Positions 27,670 to 34,032 of a stretch of DNA of 34,032 bases are shown in pieces. The DNA lies in contig JAWLHB010000012.1 of the NCBI GenBank assembly GCA_041690595.1, positions 162,785 to 196,816 on the forward strand, given 5' to 3'. The notes under the pieces are model-generated. The model searched no databases. It had not been told where the DNA came from and saw nothing but the letters and a program-made list of their open reading frames with translations. The DNA comes from Lentisphaeria bacterium. Its GTDB lineage: Bacteria > Verrucomicrobiota > Lentisphaeria > JABSQK01 > JAWLHB01. How positions within the stretch are numbered: the stretch's first letter is position 1; every line of letters starts with the position of its first letter. A program made the position numbers and the translations under genes.

Positions 27670-28594
27670 GATCCACCTCCCCCCATGCCGTCAACAGGCA
27701 CCGGTCGTAGACGGCGCCGGGGCGGAGCGTTGCCCGACCCAGCGCGACACTGCGCCGGATCGAGGTCCCCTCCGGCACCGCTGCTTCTACCCAGCTCAGC
27801 TTGCCAACGCGTTCGCGCATGGCCACCGGAAAGTCACGCGGGAAGCAACGTTGGCCCGGCAGGTCGAGCATCAGGTGATCGGGAAGCTTGCGGTTGGGCA
27901 GGCGCCCCGTGAGGATATCCCAATGCGCCTCCACCAGGCTGATCGGCCGGCCAAGATCGCGCCAGTAATGATCGCCCAGCGGCAGCACCTTCACGACCAG
28001 CCCCGCCGCGCGCGCCCGTTGCCAGACCGGCACCACCGACTGATCCTCGGGGGTCAGCAGGTCGAGCACTTCCCGCCGATAGAAGGCGATGCCGACAAAG
28101 TCTCCCCCAACGCTGCCCACCGGGGCCTCGCCTTCCGCCGGCACCCCGAGATAGGCCAGCTCCCGTGGCTCCAGATAGATGCTCCCTTTCGGCTCCCGCA
28201 GATCGGCCACCAGCCCGATCGCCGCACCCGTTGCCAGAAAATCGGCATGCAGGCGACCGAGATCGGCGGTGCAGAGGATATCAGCGTTGGCAACGCAGAA
28301 GCTTTCGTCCGCTGCCAGCCGGGTGGTGGCCGCATGAAGGGCGCCCCCCGTGCCGCGTACCTCCGGCTCATGCGAGATCTCGAACGCAATCGGCGACTCC
28401 TCGCGATAGGCCGCAATCCGTGGCGCCAGGTGGTGGCTGTTGACCAGGATGGCGGAAGGGCCGGCGGCGGCCACGCGTTCGAGCGCCCACGCCAGCAGCG
28501 GTCGCCCGCCCATTGGCGCCAGCGCCTTGGGGACATGCTCCGTCAGCGGTCGCAACCGCTTGCCATAGCCGGCAGCCAGAATGAAGCCAATCAT
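27659..28594 (-). CDS. murU: Sugar-phosphate nucleotidyltransferase, MurU-like
   Basis: MIGFILAAGYGKRLRPLTEHVPKAL, VNSHHL, GTGGAL, NADI, WRDLG; coupled to the AmgK-like kinase. Confidence 0.7.
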   Translation of the reverse strand: MIGFILAAGYGKRLRPLTEHVPKALAPMGGRPLLAWALERVAAAGPSAILVNSHHLAPRIAAYREESPIAFEISHEPEVRGTGGALHAATTRLAADESFCVANADILCTADLGRLHADFLATGAAIGLVADLREPKGSIYLEPRELAYLGVPAEGEAPVGSVGGDFVGIAFYRREVLDLLTPEDQSVVPVWQRARAAGLVVKVLPLGDHYWRDLGRPISLVEAHWDILTGRLPNRKLPDHLMLDLPGQRCFPRDFPVAMRERVGKLSWVEAAVPEGTSIRRSVALGRATLRPGAVYDRCLLTAWGEVDLGD

Positions 28595-28684
28595 TGTCAC
28601 CTTCCCGAGTTGATCACGATGGGGCCACACTATAGTCGTGCAGTCGCGGTTGCGAAAGCGGCCGCGAGCGAGTATCTGTAGCGA

Positions 28685-29578
28685 TTGTTCCGCGCCCACC
28701 CTCAATCCCGGAGGCCCCCCATCGTCATCCCATCGCTCCTCGACTGGCTGGCTGCTAGCAACGGCGAGATCCAGGGCGTTGTCTGCGACATGGACGGCGT
28801 CCTCATTCTCGGGCGTGAGCGGCTGCCGCGCAGTCGCGAATTTCTCCAGTGGATGTCTGATCACCAGCTCCCCTTCATGCTGCTCACCAACGACGGGTCG
28901 CGCTCGAAGACGCAACGCAGCCGCCTGCTTGGCCGCCGGGGCATCGACCTCGCGCCCGAGCACATCGTCTGCAGCTCCGACGGCCTTCAGGAGCTGGTCC
29001 AAGGGCGACCCGAGCTGCGCCGGCACCGCTACTTCATCGTCGGCCGCCTGGGGGATCCCTGCTATGCCGACGCGGCCGGACTGGAGGCCACCTTCTCCCT
29101 CGACGAGCTGGATAGCTGCGGCGGCGTGATCATGGGTGAGGGAGAAGAGGTATTCGACTGGGAGAGGAGCTTCACCGCCGTGATCAACTTCTTCTGTCAT
29201 CATCCGGGGGCGCCCCTGATCGTGCCGAATCCCGATGAGTTCTACGGCGTTGGCGGTGGCATGATCCGCGTTGGCGCCGGTGGACAGGCGCGCTTCATTC
29301 AGCAGGTCCTGCAGGTGCACCGCACCCCGGCTGAACTCATCTACCTCGGCAAGCCCTACGCCCCGATCTATCAGCACGTCCACCACGAACTCGAGCGCAA
29401 GGCAGGGCGTTCGCTCGACCGCGATACTATCCTGATGGTCGGCGATTCGCTGCACTCCGACATCCAGGGGGGCAGCGACTTCGGTTACCGCACCGCATTG
29501 ATGCTCACCGGCATCACCCGGCACGACATCGTCGCCGGTCATCCCACCCAGCCCACCTATGTCTTTCGCGAGCTGTAG
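28685..29578 (+). CDS. HAD-IIA (NagD-family) phosphatase; start uncertain
   Basis: DMDGVL, LTND, NPD, LGKP, VGDSLHSDIQGG, TALMLTG. Confidence 0.9.
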   Translation: MFRAHPQSRRPPIVIPSLLDWLAASNGEIQGVVCDMDGVLILGRERLPRSREFLQWMSDHQLPFMLLTNDGSRSKTQRSRLLGRRGIDLAPEHIVCSSDGLQELVQGRPELRRHRYFIVGRLGDPCYADAAGLEATFSLDELDSCGGVIMGEGEEVFDWERSFTAVINFFCHHPGAPLIVPNPDEFYGVGGGMIRVGAGGQARFIQQVLQVHRTPAELIYLGKPYAPIYQHVHHELERKAGRSLDRDTILMVGDSLHSDIQGGSDFGYRTALMLTGITRHDIVAGHPTQPTYVFREL

Positions 29579-29607
29579 CCGCGACTGGCGCCACACGGAG
29601 GAGCCAC

Positions 29608-30105
29608 ATGAAAGCCATTCCCGTCGATCAACTGCTGACCAAGCCGATCAACCTCTTTCAGAATCAGTGGCTGCTGCTCTGCGCCGGCGATGCCGAGAAC
29701 TACAACATGATGACCATCGCCTGGGGCAGCATCGGCTGCATGTGGGGGCGCCCCTTCGTTCAGGTGGTGGTGCGCCCGCAGCGCTACACCTATGAGTTCA
29801 TGGAGAAGTACAGCGAGTTTACCCTCTCCGCCTTCGGCGAAGCTCATCGCCGCGACCTGCAGACTCTCGGCAGTCTCTCCGGTCGTGATGGCGACAAGCT
29901 GGCGCAGACCCAGCTGACCACCCGCCCCGGGCTGAAGGTCGCCTGCCCGGCCTTCGAGCAGGCCGAACTCATCTTCGAATGTGTGCAGATCTACTATGAC
30001 GACTTCGATCCCAACCGCTTTCTCGACCCGGATATCGAAGGAACCTATGCCAACCAGGACTACCACCGCATCTACTTCGGCGAGATCCTGGCGGCCTACG
30101 CCTGA
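29608..30105 (+). CDS. Flavin reductase-like FMN-binding protein
   Basis: NMMTIAWG, VRPQRYT, GSLSGRDGDK, DYHRIYFGEI; GGAG RBS. Confidence 0.92.
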   Translation: MKAIPVDQLLTKPINLFQNQWLLLCAGDAENYNMMTIAWGSIGCMWGRPFVQVVVRPQRYTYEFMEKYSEFTLSAFGEAHRRDLQTLGSLSGRDGDKLAQTQLTTRPGLKVACPAFEQAELIFECVQIYYDDFDPNRFLDPDIEGTYANQDYHRIYFGEILAAYA

Positions 30106-30118
30106 TCCGCCGCGGGCC

Positions 30119-30595
30119 TCATGGCGTGTAGCCGAGATCCTCGGCGAGGTCGCGATTACCGGCCGCGCTGGTGGCGAGCACATCGCAGCGCTCGTTCTCG
30201 CGATGGCCGGCATGCCCTTTGACCCAGATGAAGTTCACCTTGTGAAGCTCGCAAAGCTCCAGCAGCTCCTCCCATAGATCGCGATTCTTCACCGGATCCC
30301 CTGACTTCAGCTTCCAGCCGCGCCGCTGCCAGGCCCGGGTCCAGTGGCGCGTTATCGCGTGCACGACATACTTGGAGTCCGAGTGCAGATTGACGGCGCA
30401 GGCCCGCTTCAGCGCCCGCAGCCCCGCGATGCACGCCATCAACTCCATGCGGTTGTTGGTCGTCAGCGTGTAGCCCGCGGAGAGTTCCTTGCGGTGCTTG
30501 CCATAGGTGAGCAGCACGCCGTACCCGCCTGGGCCGGGATTCCCCTTGCAGGCGCCATCGGTATAGATATTGACATTGGTTTCCGAGCTTGGCAT
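30119..30595 (-). CDS. rnhA: Ribonuclease HI
   Basis: IYTDGACKGNPGPGGYG, TTNNRMELMA, DSKYV, VKNRDLW, WVKGHAGHRENERCDVLA; GAGGG RBS before ATG 30595. Confidence 0.98.
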   Translation of the reverse strand: MPSSETNVNIYTDGACKGNPGPGGYGVLLTYGKHRKELSAGYTLTTNNRMELMACIAGLRALKRACAVNLHSDSKYVVHAITRHWTRAWQRRGWKLKSGDPVKNRDLWEELLELCELHKVNFIWVKGHAGHRENERCDVLATSAAGNRDLAEDLGYTP

Positions 30596-30867
30596 GGCAC
30601 CCTCATCATGCCCCCAATCCCGGTTCTCGTCAAGTCGCCTCACGATCATTTTTCCAGCGCGCCCCCCCCACGCTGAGGCGCCAAGCAAGCACCCTGCCTC
30701 CAGCCCCCGATCCGCCCGATTCTCGTTGATGCCTACTTGACGAGGTGCTGGTGAGGAGGGATGTTGTTGGATAACGAATAAGTGCCCACGATAAAGGTCA
30801 GGTCGTAAGGTAATCCAGTTTCTACTGAAGTTTGGCCCCTTAACAGAGTTTCTGGTAGCATCATACC

Positions 30868-31353
30868 ATGTTTTTATTGATTATCGTATCAAAATGGTCC
30901 CGGATGAAAGGCGCTGCTTGGGTTATTATTGGTCTTAGTGCCATGCTTGGCCTTTCCTTGTACTACTATCAGTATGACAGGTACATCAGCCGGGCTAAGC
31001 AAGTTCTTAGCGCTGATATTTTATACATTGATGTCTTCGATTACCAAGCGGAGTACGTGCAGAGAATTACCGACGATAATGCTGACGGTATAGCTGATTA
31101 CTTGGTTTCGATCATGCATAGTAGTGCGCCGTCTATATACGAGGATGAGCAAGTGGAAATGCCTTGGATGATGGTCCTTACATTCAGCACGAGCGAAGGA
31201 AGTTGCCAAATAAAAGTTTACGAGCATTTCATCCATATTGAGCCACTAACAGATATGCGCGAATACGGTGCAGAGGGAATCGCGCACCGCATAGTCGAGA
31301 TTGCCGATTTTGATCCACCAGCACTTGAGCAATTGCAGGATGCATATTATTAG
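30868..31353 (+). CDS. AT-rich hypothetical membrane-anchored protein
   Basis: Hydrophobic N-terminal segments followed by an acidic soluble domain; the 5' end may be decayed. Confidence 0.6.
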   Translation: MFLLIIVSKWSRMKGAAWVIIGLSAMLGLSLYYYQYDRYISRAKQVLSADILYIDVFDYQAEYVQRITDDNADGIADYLVSIMHSSAPSIYEDEQVEMPWMMVLTFSTSEGSCQIKVYEHFIHIEPLTDMREYGAEGIAHRIVEIADFDPPALEQLQDAYY

Positions 31354-31430
31354 CGAGTTGAGTCATAATATCCGAGCCGCGTGCTCGGTGCCAGGAAAGA
31401 AGTATTGACGAAAAGGTCAGGCGGCAGATT

Positions 31431-32009
31431 ATGCGTTACATCCAGTTTCTGCTGAAAGTTCTTGCTCTGCTTGTCTGCATTCTTGTTTCATGCACAGTGT
31501 TGTCCATGACTTTCGGATGGCAAGAGCTAAATCCGATGTTCTGGATTATCACACATACCGAACGTGCCCCTGCGGGAGTTGTGCGGCTGCTGGGAGTTTC
31601 GAAAGCGATCTGGCTTTATCAGGATAACAACGGGAAACTTCCATTTGAAGATGAGTTAATAGATAAATATGGAAAAGTGGATAGGCTATTGACAGAAGAA
31701 GAGTACGCATTGATTGGGAATATTATCATTAAATATGCCGCTGATAACTTGGCTTCATCAAGAAATCAATTGTTAAGCAAGAAAGGGGGCTTGCTGGATG
31801 ATTGGGGAAATCCTTATAGGATTGTTTATGATCTGGATAGGGATGGTGTAATTGATGGGAGTTTGATTAACGGAAGGGGAACTCTGGGAAACTGCACTTA
31901 CGGGTATGTAATCTGGTCCATTGGGCCGGATGGGCGGGAAGAGATTCCTTTCACTGACGATAATAGAGGGTTCAACAAAGACAACAAGAACGGGTTCTCT
32001 CGGTACTGA
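31431..32009 (+). CDS. Membrane-anchored protein with GspG/pseudopilin-like C-terminal motifs
   Basis: AIWLYQDNNGKLP, LLDDWGNPYRIVYD, YVIWSIGPDG; N-terminal TM but no FTLIE prepilin motif. Confidence 0.7.
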   Translation: MRYIQFLLKVLALLVCILVSCTVLSMTFGWQELNPMFWIITHTERAPAGVVRLLGVSKAIWLYQDNNGKLPFEDELIDKYGKVDRLLTEEEYALIGNIIIKYAADNLASSRNQLLSKKGGLLDDWGNPYRIVYDLDRDGVIDGSLINGRGTLGNCTYGYVIWSIGPDGREEIPFTDDNRGFNKDNKNGFSRY

Positions 32010-32089
32010 ACGATGTCGTCTGAGTCATGTAGTAAGAGGTGACGACGATCTGGAGTTTGGCAGCTTAGTTAAATCTGGAGTTGCAGCGG

Positions 32090-32560
32090 ATGATTGGCAA
32101 TGATTGGCTGATAAGACTGCAGAGACGCCTGCGCGGAATGGATCGTTCTGGAAACTGTTCATTTCATGATTTTGATGTGATCTTCAAGCTGTTGTTCGAC
32201 ACTGATTTGGTGGACGTCGATGGCATAATCATACGTAAGTCATCTGAACAGATAGTCAGATCGATGATTGCAGCTGGACAACCGAAGGACGTGATAGAAG
32301 GTACGGCAAACCATATTCATGTTTCCCTTGATGAGTATCCTTGGGCAGATCCGGATAATCCCGCGCTACGCTCATACCATACTGTGATGTATTATGCTTG
32401 CATCTACGCACATCTCCTGAAGGATTCGCTTGCGCAAAAGTTTCCTGGCCGCACTTTCGATGTCCAAGTTTATAACGACGGGCCATCAGAGGAGGATTTT
32501 GACATTATCGTTTTCTGGCGTGAACGGCCGCGGGACGAAGGCCCAAACGCAGAATCTTGA
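32090..32560 (+). CDS. Acidic hypothetical protein, immunity-protein-like
   Basis: GGAG 9 nt upstream of ATG 32090; E-x3-NHIH motif, LAQKFPGRTFDV; AT-rich island context. Confidence 0.6.
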   Translation: MIGNDWLIRLQRRLRGMDRSGNCSFHDFDVIFKLLFDTDLVDVDGIIIRKSSEQIVRSMIAAGQPKDVIEGTANHIHVSLDEYPWADPDNPALRSYHTVMYYACIYAHLLKDSLAQKFPGRTFDVQVYNDGPSEEDFDIIVFWRERPRDEGPNAES

Positions 32561-32645
32561 TCATACATGTGAGAGACGGAGCGGGCGGAGGAGACGGAAA
32601 CGGATATGAAAATTAGTGGTGGCGAGAAAAAATGGAGTGGAACCA

Positions 32646-32691
32646 CGGAGAGACGGAGAGACTGGGGTGCGGAGAGACTGGGGTGCGGAGA
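32646..32691 (+). repeat. 16-bp tandem duplication CGGAGAGACTGGGGTG
   Basis: Exact copies at 32654-32669 and 32670-32685, flanked by partial CGGAGA units. Confidence 0.85.
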
Positions 32692-32808
32692 ATGCGCAGT
32701 GAAGCAACATTGGCAGAGAGGCTTAGCACGACCGTTGGCAGCAACCCAAGGAATTTCGGGTCTCAGGGGCGGACAGCTCGGCGAGCTATCGGATAGAACT
32801 GATACATA

Positions 32809-33090
32809 TGCATTTTCCGGCCAAAGCTGGACAGCGGTTCCGGAGTTATCTGGACAGCGATTCCGGAGGATCGTGGACAGTTATTCCGGTTGATCGTGGA
32901 CAGCTGCAGGCCGTCGGCCGGAATCGGTGTCCAAGATGGACCGGAACTGGTGTCCAAGATGGACCGGAACTGGTGTCCAAGATGGACCGGAATCGGTGTC
33001 CAGCTTGAACCGGAATCGGTGTCCAGCTTGAACCGGAATCGGTGTCCAGCTTGAACCGGAATCGGTGTCCAGCATGAGCTGGAACTGTGG
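32809..33090. mobile_element. Non-autonomous IS21-family element (MITE) made of inverted 23-bp repeat arrays
   Basis: Starts TGCATTTTCCGG. Four TTCCGG...TGGACAG units at 32815/38/61/84; seven inverted CCGGAA...GTGTCCA units from 32918 to 33056 at 23-bp period; no istA/istB. Confidence 0.8.
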
Positions 33091-33218
33091 TGGTTGGCGA
33101 ATGGTATGACTATGTCATCGCTGCTATGTACGGTCTCGAAATAACTGATACCTTTAACCAATACACCCAGCGCGCAAAGACCACGTTCGCCGCACGCGGG
33201 GGGAGCCAGGCGGGTAGG

Positions 33219-33260
33219 TCGAGGGATTCGAATGAATCGAGACAGTCGAGGGAATCGAGG
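33219..33260 (+). repeat. 9-bp-period degenerate repeat with TCGA core
   Basis: TCGA at 33219, 33228, 33237, 33246 and 33255. Confidence 0.75.
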
Positions 33261-33454
33261 GGGCAGGCGCCTACCAAGACAAGGAATGGCATTGGGCAGT
33301 CGAAAACCACAGAGATCGCAGAGGAATACATCGGCTGAGAAGGGAGGTGGGCAGGGATGCGAGATGCGGAGACGTGACAGGGCAAAGCATGCCGTTAGGG
33401 GCAACGGCCTGAACTGAACCAGGGAGAGGGAAACACTATATTTTCCGTCTGAGC

Positions 33455-33482
33455 TTTACTTTTTAGTTATATATGCTATATT
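33455..33482 (+). promoter_or_regulatory. Extended -10 promoter upstream of the terminal ORF
   Basis: TTTACT, 16 bp, TATATT preceded by TGc, in a strongly AT-rich patch. Confidence 0.55.
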
Positions 33483-33529
33483 ACTCATCGGGGACAAGAG
33501 CTATATGCCTGAGAGGGGGGGTGGTGGAG

Positions 33530-34032
33530 ATGAGTGGACTTGGCGGGAGAATGCGGCGGCTTGCGGGGGAGTATGCTAAGGATTTCTGTGTGGTAAGGCT
33601 GGCAGGTTATGCGGAGTCATTTTCGAAGATTCGGGCATCGGAGTTGAAGCTGGATGGGAGGGGGCGGTTGTTGGCGGTGACGAGTCGTGCGCAGGTGCAG
33701 GGGTATCGGTCTCTGGTGAAGAGGGACTTGGCGGAACTCGTGGCAAGGCGAACGAGCGGGCAGAAGTATAGTCGCGGTTCGGGGAACTTCTTCTACGTTG
33801 AGCCGACCGATCCGTCAGTGGACGGGCGTTACGGGACCGAGGTTTTTGTGGACGGGCGTTACGGGACCGAGGTTGCGACCGAGGTTTTGGGGGACGGGCG
33901 TTACGGGACCGAGGTTGCGACCGAGGTTTTGGGGGACGGGCGTTACGGGACCGAGGTTGCGACCGAGGTTTTGGGGGACGGGCGTTACGGGACCGAGGTT
34001 GCGACCGAGGTTTTGGGGGACGGGCGTTACGG
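33530..34032 (+). CDS. Unterminated ORF with 14-aa repeats ([14 protein letters not shown])
   Basis: Manual translation: [27 protein letters not shown]...[13 protein letters not shown] then repeats; no stop before the window end, hence absent from the ORF track. Confidence 0.45.
   Translation, partial: MSGLGGRMRRLAGEYAKDFCVVRLAGYAESFSKIRASELKLDGRGRLLAVTSRAQVQGYRSLVKRDLAELVARRTSGQKYSRGSGNFFYVEPTDPSVDGRYGTEVFVDGRYGTEVATEVLGDGRYGTEVATEVLGDGRYGTEVATEVLGDGRYGTEVATEVLGDGRY
33821..34032 (+). repeat. 42-bp perfect tandem repeat array (VNTR) running off the window
   Basis: GACGGGCGTTACGGGACCGAGGTTGCGACCGAGGTTTTGGGG at 33851, 33893, 33935, 33977 and partial at 34019; 30-bp variant at 33821. Confidence 0.95.

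Noticed and set aside
1745..29596. Long antisense or alternate-frame ORFs (e.g. 1745..3295, 3956..5884, 15652..17112, 23610..25841)
   Set aside because: Shadow ORFs of high-GC genes, with no motifs and fully overlapping well-supported CDSs.
17681..30688. Track start extensions (19681, 22857, 26711, 29596, 30688)
   Set aside because: They overlap neighbouring genes or low-complexity sequence. Internal ATGs with RBS, signal peptide or family N-terminus are better starts.
30600..30790. tRNA or att site at the island boundary
   Set aside because: No cloverleaf, T-loop or flanking direct repeat was recognisable.
32815..33078. CRISPR array
   Set aside because: The 23-bp units are contiguous with no unique spacers and occur in two inverted arms, which fits IS21 ends. 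No cas genes are present.
33391..33408. Hairpin GCCGTT-AGGGGC-AACGGC as an intrinsic terminator
   Set aside because: No U-tract on either side and no clear upstream gene.
32606..33417. ORFs 32606..32893, 32763..33404, 32808..33008, 32881..33075, 33087..33338
   Set aside because: Translations of repeat or MITE DNA with no credible protein features.
33821..34032. CRISPR array
   Set aside because: The sequence between repeat cores is identical in every unit, so it is a plain tandem repeat.

Overview
High-GC bacterial DNA, most consistent with a PVC-superphylum organism such as Lentisphaerae or Kiritimatiellae. This is inferred from a prepilin/H-X9-DG gene, a GntR-PBP regulator and long secreted glycoside-hydrolase-like genes. 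The core (about 1.75-30.7 kb) holds: an O-methyltransferase/acyltransferase/membrane-protein trio; a carbohydrate-utilisation locus (GH-like gene, GntR regulator, H-X9-DG pseudopilin, a lower-GC Trm112-methyltransferase, a GH123/DUF4091-like protein, a GH-A/CBM9 protein, an M14 peptidase and a small orphan) with a near-identical 20-bp operator just downstream of two promoters; a convergent GH42-like/GHL10 pair divergent from a DUF4432 gene; murU-like/amgK-like/TPR genes divergent from a NagD-type HAD phosphatase and a flavin reductase; and rnhA. Both flanks are AT-richer accessory DNA that looks like orphan polymorphic-toxin/immunity cassettes. The right flank also carries an IS21-type MITE built from inverted 23-bp repeat arrays, short-period repeats, and an ORF missing from the supplied track that runs in frame into a 42-bp tandem array at the window end. 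No rRNA, tRNA or CRISPR array was seen. All family calls come from motif recognition by eye, not database searches.
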